NCBI GenBank assembly: GCA_965213675.1 | Contig: OZ243916.1 | Location: 704,001 to 768,000 of the forward strand | DNA: 64,000 nucleotides | Reading direction: 5' to 3' | Source: an uncultured Candidatus Binatia bacterium | GTDB lineage: Bacteria; Desulfobacterota; Binatia; UBA9968; JAJDTQ01 | Notes under the pieces: model-generated | Seen by the model: only the letters and a program-made list of their open reading frames with translations | The model's database searches: none | Told to the model about the DNA's origin: nothing | Part shown: positions 27,438 to 35,804 of the stretch, piece by piece | Layout of the letters: every line of letters starts with the position of its first letter | Numbering within the stretch: the first letter of the stretch is position 1 | Translations under genes and position numbers: made by a program

Positions 27438-28541
27438 ATGACCCTGATCCTGAACAACGACGACGTGAAGCAGGTCCTTACCATGGACGTCACCATGGCG
27501 GCGCTCGAAAAGGCGTATGTGGAGCTGGTGGAGAAGGAGGCTGTGTGCCGTCCGCGAATCGACCTGCAGGTGCCCACCTCGGACCCCGAAAAGTTGTACC
27601 AGTGGGGCACCATGGAAGGCGGCTCCACCTCCGGCTACTTCGCCATTCGCATGAAGTCGGATGTCATCTACGAGCAGGAATACAACGGCGCCGTCACGCA
27701 GGAGAAGTACTGTGTCCGGCCGGGGCGTTTCTGCGGCCTGATCCTGCTCACCAGCATCGAAAACGGCGAGCCACTGGCGCTGCTGAACGACGGCCACCTG
27801 CAACACATGCGCGTGGGCGCCGACTCCGGCATCGGCGCGAAGTACATGGCCCGCGAGGACGCGGCTGTGGTGGGCATGGTGGGTTCGGGCGGCATGGCGC
27901 GCTCGCACCTGGAAGCATTCATGAATGTCCGGCGCATCGAACGGGTGCAGGTCTACAGTCCCACCAAGGCGAACCGGGAGGCGTATGCCCGGGAAATGAC
28001 CGAGCAGTTCGACGTGGAGGCCGTGCCCCTGAGCGACCCGGACGCGGTCTACAAGGGCGCCGACATCCTTGCCGGGTGCACCGATTCCGCGGTGGACATC
28101 ATCAAGGGGGCGTTGGTGGAACCGGGCACCCACATCACTTCCATCGGCGGCCGGCCGGATGCCGAGACCTTCGAGCGCATCGAAGCGTCGTTGAGGCTGG
28201 GTACGGCGCCGGCTCCCTGGGGGCTGGATGAGTTCGCACTACCCGACGAATACATCACCTATGCGGCGCGGCCCGAAGACGATGCCGGGTTCAAGATGAA
28301 GCGCAAGCGCCGCCGCGCCCACGGCGTGCAGGGCGGCGACAGGAACGTGATGCTGGCGGACCTGCTGGCGGGCCGGCATCCGGGCCGGACTTCCGAGGAC
28401 CAGATCACCTATTCGGAGCGGGGCAACGTTCAGGGCGCCCAGTTCTATTCGGTGGCGGGCAAGGTCTACGAGCTGGCCAGGGCACAGGGTCTGGGGAAGG
28501 AGATTCCCACGGACTGGCTGCTGCAGGACATCCGGGACTGA
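27438..28541 (+). CDS. Ornithine cyclodeaminase / mu-crystallin family protein 2
   Basis: MTLILNNDDV, GEPLALL, MRVGA, GSGGMARSH, GRTSEDQIT. Confidence 0.88.
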   Translation: MTLILNNDDVKQVLTMDVTMAALEKAYVELVEKEAVCRPRIDLQVPTSDPEKLYQWGTMEGGSTSGYFAIRMKSDVIYEQEYNGAVTQEKYCVRPGRFCGLILLTSIENGEPLALLNDGHLQHMRVGADSGIGAKYMAREDAAVVGMVGSGGMARSHLEAFMNVRRIERVQVYSPTKANREAYAREMTEQFDVEAVPLSDPDAVYKGADILAGCTDSAVDIIKGALVEPGTHITSIGGRPDAETFERIEASLRLGTAPAPWGLDEFALPDEYITYAARPEDDAGFKMKRKRRRAHGVQGGDRNVMLADLLAGRHPGRTSEDQITYSERGNVQGAQFYSVAGKVYELARAQGLGKEIPTDWLLQDIRD

Positions 28542-28543
28542 CG

Positions 28544-28694
28544 GCAGGGGCGGCGACCGGTCGTCCCGTGGCAAGGACCGCGCCAGGCGTCCTTCGCCAG
28601 GCGACCGCTGGTCGCCCCCACCCGCTGGATATCGAACGGGCCGCCACCTTGATCCTGAACCATGATTGCAAGGGCGCCCGGCGGTCGCCCTTGC
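28544..28694. repeat. Cluster of degenerate GTAG-type REP-like palindromes
   Basis: GGCGACCG-CT-GGTCGCC (28600-28616) and GCAAGGGCGCCCGGCGGTCGCCCTTGC (28668-28694); same core as 1703-1730. Confidence 0.5.
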
Positions 28695-28718
28695 CCGCTG
28701 GATGCCGGGAGGGACGCC

Positions 28719-29819
28719 ATGCTGATCCTGAACAATGACGAGATCGAAGCACTGCTTTCCATGGACACCTGTCTCGACGTGTTGAACAAGGCCTATCAGC
28801 AACTCGCCGACGGCCATGCGGTCAACCGCCCGCGTACGGATCTCTACCTGCCTTTTCCCGAGACTTCGGGCGTGTACGCCTTCAAGTCCATGGAGGCGGG
28901 CCTGTTCGATCCCAAGGTGGTGGCGCTGCGGCTCAACTCGGACGTGATCCGCTGGGAGGACCGCGGTGACCGCATCGTCAAGGACAAGATCCCCACGGCG
29001 CCGGGGGGCAAGTGGGTGGGTCTCGTGCTGCTGTTCTCGGCCGAGACCGGCGAGCCCCTGGCCATCTTCCCGGACGGGGTGATTCAGGCCTACCGCGTGG
29101 CCGCTACCAGCGCGGTGGCGGCTCGGTACATGGCGCAAGAAGAGGTGTCCTGTCTCGGGATGCTCGGTTCGGGCTGGCAGGCCCGCGCCCACGTGGAAGC
29201 CTTTTGCAAGGTGCGTTCCTTCGAGAAGGTGTTGGCATTCAGCCCCACCCAGGCGAACCGCGAGTCCTTCGCCAGGGAAATGGCGGCGAAGGTCGGCGTT
29301 CCGGTGGAACCCTGCGCGGACGCCGTGGCAGTGGCCCAGCAGTCACAGGTGCTGGTGGCGGCCACCAATGCCATCACGCGGGTCATTCCGCCGGAATGGG
29401 TGCGTCCCGGCCTCCATTTTACCTGCGTCAAGACGTCCGAATTGGGCGACGAGACCGTGGCGCGCGCGGACCGTGTGGTACTGCATACGCGCAAGGCCGC
29501 GCCGGAGAACTACATCGCCGGGATGGGTGACGAAAGAGTGGTGGCCCACGACCCATTGGAGTTCCTCAACGCGGCGGACAAGGACTCGGTGGAGCGGCCC
29601 AAGGAGCCGCCTTGGCTCGACGCACCGGAACTCAAGGACGTGGTGTCCGGGAAAGTGGCGGGTCGTACAAGCCCCGACGAGTCCACGTGCTTCATCAACA
29701 CCATCGGCCTGGGGCTGCAGTTTGCGGCCGTCGGGGGTGCGGTTTACGCGGATGCCAGGGCCAAGGGTGTGGGGCGGGAGATCCCGACGGACTGGTTCCT
29801 GGAGTCGGTGCACCCTTGA
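28719..29819 (+). CDS. Ornithine cyclodeaminase / mu-crystallin family protein 3
   Basis: MLILNNDEI, ETGEPLAIF, YRVAATSA, GSGWQARAH, GLGLQFAA. Confidence 0.88.
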   Translation: MLILNNDEIEALLSMDTCLDVLNKAYQQLADGHAVNRPRTDLYLPFPETSGVYAFKSMEAGLFDPKVVALRLNSDVIRWEDRGDRIVKDKIPTAPGGKWVGLVLLFSAETGEPLAIFPDGVIQAYRVAATSAVAARYMAQEEVSCLGMLGSGWQARAHVEAFCKVRSFEKVLAFSPTQANRESFAREMAAKVGVPVEPCADAVAVAQQSQVLVAATNAITRVIPPEWVRPGLHFTCVKTSELGDETVARADRVVLHTRKAAPENYIAGMGDERVVAHDPLEFLNAADKDSVERPKEPPWLDAPELKDVVSGKVAGRTSPDESTCFINTIGLGLQFAAVGGAVYADARAKGVGREIPTDWFLESVHP

Positions 29820-29836
29820 CGGGGTGGCGCAGACAC

Positions 29837-30001
29837 CTAGTGTGGTGTCTGGTTAATACGCGACATAATCTGCGGGTCTTTTTCGCCGTCGGCTGCGTTG
29901 CTCTTCCTCGCGTGGTACCCGCCACTGCTCGTCATCGCGCCTTGCCGACAACAAAAAATCCTCCGCAGATTATGACGCGAATTAACCAGACACCACACTA
30001 G
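29837..30001 (-). mobile_element. Family-A MITE-like element, copy 2 (165 bp, inverted relative to copy 1)
   Basis: CTAG ends; 39-bp TIRs with 37/39 match; reverse complement aligns to 3582-3746 with few substitutions. Confidence 0.85.
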
Positions 30002-30720
30002 CGCTTCCAGCGCGGAGCCACGTCCGTCACCCGTACCGAGCGGCTGCCACGGCGAATTTGATAGAGTGCCCGGCCGTTGATCTCGAGGCAGCTCAGGGCG
30101 TTGCCGTAGACCAGACCGGTGTCGAGGCCGATCTTGTAGGGCAGGTCGAAGAAGGCGTCCTGCATCGGCGTATGGCCGAAGAGGACGGTGTGCGGCAATT
30201 CATGGGGGTTCATGATGAACTCCCGCCGTATCCACAGGAGTTCCTCGTCCGACTGCTCGTCCCAGGCGCGCCGCGGATTGATTCCCGCGTGCACGCACAG
30301 AAAGCCGGAGATGAAGCGCCACGGCTCGAGTCGCATGAGGAACTCGACGTGTTCCGGCGGCAGCGCCGCGAGAAGACGCTGGCCGTCGGCCGCGGTGGGG
30401 GAACGGGCCGGACCCTCCACGCCGTAGCTGGCCAACGTGGCCATCCCGCCGTTCAGAAGAAAGACGTCCCCATGGTGGCCTGACAGCCCCATGAACGACA
30501 GCATCATGTCTTCATGGTTGCCGCGCAGGAATACGGTATTCTGCTCGCCACGCCGTTTCAGATCGGTGAGATAGTCGATGACCCCCTTCGAGTCGGGGCC
30601 GCGGTCGATGTAGTCGCCCAGGAAGACGAGGGTGTCGTCCTTTTCGAGGGGGAGGCCTGCGACCAGGGACGACAGTTCGTCCACGCATCCGTGCACGTCA
30701 CCGATCACGTAGCACTTCAT
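29998..30720 (-). CDS. Metallophosphoesterase, PPP-family Ser/Thr protein phosphatase-like
   Basis: GDVHG, GDYIDRG, RGNHE, VHAG, FGHTP, LDTG. Confidence 0.92.
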   Translation of the reverse strand: MKCYVIGDVHGCVDELSSLVAGLPLEKDDTLVFLGDYIDRGPDSKGVIDYLTDLKRRGEQNTVFLRGNHEDMMLSFMGLSGHHGDVFLLNGGMATLASYGVEGPARSPTAADGQRLLAALPPEHVEFLMRLEPWRFISGFLCVHAGINPRRAWDEQSDEELLWIRREFIMNPHELPHTVLFGHTPMQDAFFDLPYKIGLDTGLVYGNALSCLEINGRALYQIRRGSRSVRVTDVAPRWKR

Positions 30721-30755
30721 CCCTTGCACTTCCTTTATGGCTCCGCTACCGTCCG

Positions 30756-31136
30756 ATGCCCATGAGTCTCAAGGAACTGTACCTGAAGCCCGGTTTCGTC
30801 ACCGGTCTGGTGCTGGTGTTGTTGGGAGCCGGCAACTGGATCGTCGGTTCCGTGCAGGTGGCTCACTATCGTGCGGTGGTGGCGGCCGGATCCGGGTTCG
30901 GCGCGGACGGCGGGTTCGGGGCAAGGACGCCGCGAGAGAACCGGCAGATTCTCGGCCGCATCCACGAGGAGAGGGAGCAGTACGACGCCGCCAAGGTCAA
31001 AATGGACTTCTTCCATGTGGTGCTGACGGGCGGTCTGATGTTTTTTCTGGCCGGCCTTTTTCTGGCCGGTTTCTCTCTTTTCATGTCGTCCGCGGCGTGG
31101 CGCGGACGACCTCAACGGGAAGGTTTGGACTTCTGA
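30756..31136 (+). CDS. Hypothetical membrane protein (2 TM segments)
   Basis: Two hydrophobic segments flanking a polar loop; fills the gap between two minus-strand genes; start could be 30762. Confidence 0.6.
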   Translation: MPMSLKELYLKPGFVTGLVLVLLGAGNWIVGSVQVAHYRAVVAAGSGFGADGGFGARTPRENRQILGRIHEEREQYDAAKVKMDFFHVVLTGGLMFFLAGLFLAGFSLFMSSAAWRGRPQREGLDF

Positions 31137-32176
31137 TACTTTCTGTAGTCGTAACCGGTGGCCATGGACAGCAGCAGATCCTCCATGCCCCCTTCCTTCT
31201 CCCGCCTGAGAATCAGCAACCGCTCGAAGAAATCGCGGAAGGTCTTCTGGAGTCGCTGCCGCTCTCCGTTATCCCGCAGGTAGAAGTCGTGCAGGCTGGT
31301 AGCGGCGGTCCGCAGGGCCGAGAAGCGCAGTTCGTTGGGGAACGAATCCCATTCGGGCAGCGACAAGGGGCGCAACCCTTCATAGCCCATGATCAATTCC
31401 TCGAACCGGTCCAGCCGGTAACGTCCTTCGTGGTAACAGACAGCATTGACGGTAGTGGCAAGGTCGCAGATGAATTTTCCACGGCATGCCTTGTCGAAGT
31501 CCATGATCCCGACCAGGCGCGAGCCCTTGAACTTCATGCTTTCCCACGAAAGATCGCCGTGGATGATGCCCTTGGGGAGATTGTTGTCGAGATAGGACTC
31601 CAGGTAGTTGACCTCGTCATCCAACACCCGGACGATGGTCTTGAGGTGGGTCGGGAGGATCTTCCGCACCTCCTGGTACAACGCCGCCACCCTTGAGAAG
31701 GAGAAGCGGTTCTCCACGCCCTTCTTGTATCCTCTTCCGATCAGATGCAGGTCGGCGAGCACCCGTCCGGCGGCGGAAATCTGTCTCCGTGTCAGATCCG
31801 CCACGGGGACCTCGGCCCCATCGATGTTGCGGCTGGCCGAAATGAACCGGCCGTCGGCCTGAAGGTAGTGCTGCCCGCCCCGGCTCTTCAGGGGCTGCAG
31901 GCACTGGAATCCGTGGCGCCGCAAGAACAACAGGAGCTCGATGTCATGCTTGACCTCATTCTCGCTCTTGAATCCCTCGATGGAGACGAGGAACTTGCCT
32001 CGCTTGGTTTCGAGAATGAAGAAAGCCTCGGCTGACTCACGGTGAAGTCCTGCGGCGGAGAAGGGCTCGCCGAGGGAGAATTCCTCGGCGATATCCGCCA
32101 GTTTTCTGGCGTTGGGCTGGGCGAATACGTCAGCGAGGATCTGCCGTTCCGACGGTTTCTCGTGCGTGGACAACAT
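31112..32176 (-). CDS. APH/ChoK-fold phosphotransferase, type II homoserine kinase (ThrB)-like, atypical catalytic loop
   Basis: LPKGIIHGDL, IMDFDKAC, GYEGLRPLS; overall layout of ThrB type II. Confidence 0.7.
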   Translation of the reverse strand: MLSTHEKPSERQILADVFAQPNARKLADIAEEFSLGEPFSAAGLHRESAEAFFILETKRGKFLVSIEGFKSENEVKHDIELLLFLRRHGFQCLQPLKSRGGQHYLQADGRFISASRNIDGAEVPVADLTRRQISAAGRVLADLHLIGRGYKKGVENRFSFSRVAALYQEVRKILPTHLKTIVRVLDDEVNYLESYLDNNLPKGIIHGDLSWESMKFKGSRLVGIMDFDKACRGKFICDLATTVNAVCYHEGRYRLDRFEELIMGYEGLRPLSLPEWDSFPNELRFSALRTAATSLHDFYLRDNGERQRLQKTFRDFFERLLILRREKEGGMEDLLLSMATGYDYRKYQKSKPSR

Positions 32177-32185
32177 ATGGCGCCT

Positions 32186-32236
32186 ATCCTATTCCGTTGA
32201 GACAATATGTCAAGAAACTTGTCAACAACCTGTCAA
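32186..32236 (-). promoter_or_regulatory. Three phased TTGACA boxes, the proximal one with a TAGGAT -10
   Basis: TGTCAA at 32208, 32220 and 32231 (12 and 11 bp apart); TTGACA-16 bp-TAGGAT ends at 32186, 10 nt before ATG 32176. Confidence 0.45.
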
Positions 32237-32317
32237 CAGCACTTCCCGGACCCGTCGCGCCTGATGGCGTTTCATGGCGCGGCCTGGGTATCGAACGGCT
32301 CATGATGGAACATAGAC

Positions 32318-32333
32318 GCACTTTCCGTGCCAA
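32318..32333 (-). promoter_or_regulatory. Putative sigma54 (-24/-12) promoter
   Basis: Minus strand TTGGCACGGAAAGTGC: GG-N10-GC, one mismatch to TGGCACG-N4-TTGC. Confidence 0.55.
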
Positions 32334-32374
32334 CCTCAAGTAGGCGAAATTGCGGCATATTTTCCCGCCGGGCT

Positions 32375-32488
32375 CGACGATATTGTCGCGCCAGGCTGGC
32401 AGTTTTCTGGAATCTCCTTATTTTTCAACAAGTTATGGATTTCGACTTTTCTGTCGACCCGTTGAGGCCATGCGCGACGCGTTTGTCG
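32375..32488. promoter_or_regulatory. Three CGAC-N6-GTCG palindromes plus an IHF-like site
   Basis: Palindromes at 32375-32388, 32443-32456 and 32475-32488; TTTCAACAAGTTA (32423-32435) has 1 mismatch to WATCAANNNNTTR. Confidence 0.45.
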
Positions 32489-32543
32489 TCCGCATTGCGG
32501 TCCGACTTCCATGAAGATAGGATGAAAGCAAGGAGGATCGGCC

Positions 32544-32864
32544 ATGGGCGAAGATGATGCCAGCGACGGCCTCGATGGCTCAGGTGTCGAAGGTGCGACC
32601 GACGAGGAATCGCCGGATCTCTACTATCACGGGATCATCCGGCGCCTCTCGCACCGCAAGAACAACGGCGTGGTCCGCACCGCCAGCGGCCGGGACGTGC
32701 GATTTTCCTATCAGATGGTGCGCATGTTCGGCCCGGTGAACTCCCCCAAGGGTCTCAAGGAAGGCATGGTGGTGGGTTACGATCTCGGTTGGACCGGACA
32801 CGGGCTGCGAGTCACCGCGATACGGACCTATCCGCGACCAGAATACCAGCCGCGGGAGGAATGA
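32544..32864 (+). CDS. Small hypothetical protein, cold-shock/OB-fold-like
   Basis: AAGGAGG RBS; YHGIIRRL..NNGVVRT..GRDVRF...LKEGMVVGYDL..TGHGLRVTAIR follows the beta-strand pattern of cold-shock domains. Confidence 0.6.
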   Translation: MGEDDASDGLDGSGVEGATDEESPDLYYHGIIRRLSHRKNNGVVRTASGRDVRFSYQMVRMFGPVNSPKGLKEGMVVGYDLGWTGHGLRVTAIRTYPRPEYQPREE

Positions 32865-32958
32865 CGGTCCACGTAAACGAAGCCCCGGCGTCCCGGCTTC
32901 AGGGTGACACTGAAGTGGACGGGACGCCAGCGGGATTCCGTGCGATGGCCGCCGCGTT

Positions 32959-33017
32959 GTTCACCCTGAACCGTTCGACATGCTCGGGACGAGTGCCGCC
33001 CGGCGCGGTGGAAGGGC
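32959..33017. repeat. Degenerate CCTTCGAC-type REP-like sequence
   Basis: GTTCACCCTGAACCGTTCGACATGCTC...GTGGAAGGG between convergent genes. Confidence 0.35.
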
Positions 33018-33052
33018 GCTGGCCCAGGAGTTGGCGGACGTCGATCAGAGTT

Positions 33053-33880
33053 TCACCAGGGTACCGTTCCACCCGCAAGGGCGAGGATGTGGCTCGACAG
33101 CAGTTCTCCCACGAATACCCCGAGCAGAGCGATGTAGAACAGCCCCGTGGCGGCCATGGTGTTCTTGTAGTCCTTCAGGGTCTTCCAGATCATCCAGGAC
33201 AGTGCCAGCGGCGCGGCCTGGGCCACCACGAAGCGTGAAGACAGCAGCATCAGGTGGTGGCTGAAAAGCCGTTCCACGTTGGCCTCCGTGGCGGCGGTTC
33301 CGAACAGGTAAAGCAGGGCCGCCCCGATGATCTCCAGACCGGTCTGAATGATCAGCATGGCGACAAAGAAGCGAAAGACGCGAAAGAACGGTTCGAGGCT
33401 CTGACCCGTTTCGATCAGGTACCAGTGACCGATCAACATGCCCACCGTGACGGCGCCCAACAGCAAGGCCGACACGACGAAGCTCAACGGCAGGAATACC
33501 GCTTCCACCGGACCCAGGGTCGGGCCGGAGAAGCCGTAGGAAGCCACCATCAGGCCGGCGAGCCCGGTCAGTATGGCGGTGGAGAAGAAGCGCGCGCGCA
33601 GAAAGCCGCGTTCTCCCCAGAGTGAGACGAAGTACAGAACCAGAAAGAGCGTGAAAACCGCCAGCAGAATCACGCCCAGCACACCGCGAACCCCGCTTTG
33701 TGCAGGGAGAATATCGATCTGCCCCCACAGCGCCAGCACCGCGGCCACCACGAGCACGCCCGCGGTGGACTTGTAGAACCCCCGCTCCAGATCGTTGAAC
33801 GGCGTCGCCGAAAGACCCACCAGCCCGCCCACCGCGACCTGGTAGAGAAACATCACGAACGCCGCGCCGTAAGGGTTCAT
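33053..33880 (-). CDS. Uncharacterised polytopic membrane protein (GHWYL motif)
   Basis: About 8 TM segments, MLIGHWYL and AATGLFY motifs; ATG overlaps the methyltransferase stop (ATGA). Confidence 0.75.
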   Translation of the reverse strand: MNPYGAAFVMFLYQVAVGGLVGLSATPFNDLERGFYKSTAGVLVVAAVLALWGQIDILPAQSGVRGVLGVILLAVFTLFLVLYFVSLWGERGFLRARFFSTAILTGLAGLMVASYGFSGPTLGPVEAVFLPLSFVVSALLLGAVTVGMLIGHWYLIETGQSLEPFFRVFRFFVAMLIIQTGLEIIGAALLYLFGTAATEANVERLFSHHLMLLSSRFVVAQAAPLALSWMIWKTLKDYKNTMAATGLFYIALLGVFVGELLSSHILALAGGTVPW

Positions 33881-34635
33881 GGCTCCCATGTCTTCTGCCC
33901 CGGCCTTCCCCCGGGCTTGGCCGCGACGTGAAGACAGACCGCGCCGCGCAGGTACCGGTGGATGCGGGTTTCCGCGAAACCGGCCGCGGCCAGCGTCTGC
34001 GCCACGGTGTCCGGCGCTACGAAGGACCGCACGGAGTCCGACAGATAACGGTAGGCGGAGGGGTCGCCGCTTACCACGCCGCCGATGCGCGGCATGAGTC
34101 GCCCGAAATAGAGCCAGTACAGATGGGAGAAAAGCCCGCGGGGCGGCGGAAACATATCCAGCGACGCCACCTGTCCGCCGGGTCGGAGCACGCGGTACGA
34201 CTCGCGAAAAAACGCTTCCAGGTCCCCCACGTTGCGCAGCACGAAGGCGCTCATGACCGCGTCGAAGGTCCCGCTCTTCACCGGTGCGGCCAGCGCGTGC
34301 GCCAGGACGTAGTCGGCCCGGGACGCCTCCCCCTTGCGCCTGGCCTGCTCCCGGGCGCGCTGGAGCATGGCGTGGGAGAAATCGACGCCCACCACCCGGG
34401 CGCCGGGCGCGAGTTCGCGGCAGGCGTCCAGCGCCAGCGCTCCCGTGCCGGTGCCCATGTCCAGAACCCATGCCGGCCGGCCAGCCAGGCCCAGGGCACG
34501 GATGAGCTTGCGGCGCCACAGCGCGTCGAGCCGGAAGCTGATGATCCGGTTGAGCAGGTCGTAGCGTCCGGCGATGCGATCAAAGATGTTCCGGACCTGG
34601 GTATCGCGGGAGGCAAGCCGGTTGGGCGCGGGCAT
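33877..34635 (-). CDS. ubiE: Ubiquinone/menaquinone biosynthesis C-methyltransferase (UbiE/MenG)
   Basis: FDRIAGRYDLLNRIIS, VLDMGTGTG, FVLRNV, RVLRPGG, AYRYLSDS. Confidence 0.9.
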   Translation of the reverse strand: MPAPNRLASRDTQVRNIFDRIAGRYDLLNRIISFRLDALWRRKLIRALGLAGRPAWVLDMGTGTGALALDACRELAPGARVVGVDFSHAMLQRAREQARRKGEASRADYVLAHALAAPVKSGTFDAVMSAFVLRNVGDLEAFFRESYRVLRPGGQVASLDMFPPPRGLFSHLYWLYFGRLMPRIGGVVSGDPSAYRYLSDSVRSFVAPDTVAQTLAAAGFAETRIHRYLRGAVCLHVAAKPGGRPGQKTWEP

Positions 34636-35711
34636 TAACGATCACGGTCCGTGAGCCGTTGCGCCAGACCCTTGAGGGCGTCTCGCGCAACCGCGTCCGG
34701 CAACTGGTCGATCTCGCGGCACGCCTTGAGAGCGTACTTGCGCGCGAAGCCCCGCGCGCGCTCGATGACGGTGCCGTTGCCCATGGCGTTGAGGGCGCGC
34801 TGGATGTCGTCTTCCGTGGGCTCGGCCGACTGGAACACCTGGGTCACCGCCCCGTGTCCGTCGAGAAGGGAAAGCACGATGGGCAAGGACGGGTTGCCGT
34901 CGCGCAGGTCCATGCCCGTGGATTTGCCCAACAGGTCGCGCCGTCCCACCACATCGAGGACGTCGTCCATCATCTGGAAGGCGATGCCCAGATTGAGACC
35001 GAAGTTCGCCGCCACTTCCACCTGCGAGCACGGCGCGCCGGCGATGTGGGCCCCCAGCCTGGCGCCCGTCTGAAAAAGCGAGGCGGTCTTGCGCTCCACG
35101 ATCTGGAGATAGTCGCGCGCGGTGACCGTGCGATTGCGGTTGAAGGAGCCTTGCAGTATCTCTCCCTCGGTGAGGCTCGTGCACGCGTCCGCGGTCCACT
35201 GCACCACCTGCTCATCGAACTTGCCGGCGAACTCGAACGCCTTGATGAAGAGGAAATCCCCGGTCACGAGGGTACGCGTAAGGCCGTAGCGCTTGTAGGC
35301 GGATTCCTTTCCGCGCCTGAACTCCGCGCCGTCGATGATGTCGTCGTGCAGCAGGGTCGCGGCGTGGATCAACTCCATGGCCGCGGCGATTTCGACGATG
35401 TCCTGTACCCGCTGGCCGTGGAACGCCTTGAAGGCAAGGAGGGTGATGACGGGCCGGATGCGTTTGCCGCCTCCCCGTATCAGATGGGAGGCGATCCGGG
35501 TCAACTCCGGCTCCTTCGAACGGGTGCACTCCGCCAGCTTTTGCTCCACGAGCGCCAACTGGTCGGCGACATAGCCGTAGGGGTCCATCGAGTCGCGGGA
35601 TTCCAGGTGTTCTTCGGCGACGTCCGTCAGAGAAACCTGAAGGTCACTCTCATGGTCTTGCTGTGGCAGAAGGGACTCCGTTTCAGGCTGGTATGATTTT
35701 ACAGATGGCAC
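34635..35711 (-). CDS. Polyprenyl diphosphate synthase
   Basis: GGKRIRP, ELIHAATLLHDDIID (FARM), KTASLF, AFQMMDDVLD (SARM); start uncertain. Confidence 0.92.
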   Translation of the reverse strand: MPSVKSYQPETESLLPQQDHESDLQVSLTDVAEEHLESRDSMDPYGYVADQLALVEQKLAECTRSKEPELTRIASHLIRGGGKRIRPVITLLAFKAFHGQRVQDIVEIAAAMELIHAATLLHDDIIDGAEFRRGKESAYKRYGLTRTLVTGDFLFIKAFEFAGKFDEQVVQWTADACTSLTEGEILQGSFNRNRTVTARDYLQIVERKTASLFQTGARLGAHIAGAPCSQVEVAANFGLNLGIAFQMMDDVLDVVGRRDLLGKSTGMDLRDGNPSLPIVLSLLDGHGAVTQVFQSAEPTEDDIQRALNAMGNGTVIERARGFARKYALKACREIDQLPDAVARDALKGLAQRLTDRDR

Positions 35712-35804
35712 AAATCGAAAACGAGGTCAACGATGGAGGCGAACGGCGTCGGGCGGACGGGCCGGCCCGTGCGAGCCGGCGGGCGAAACTCTGGAAGCAA
35801 GTGA

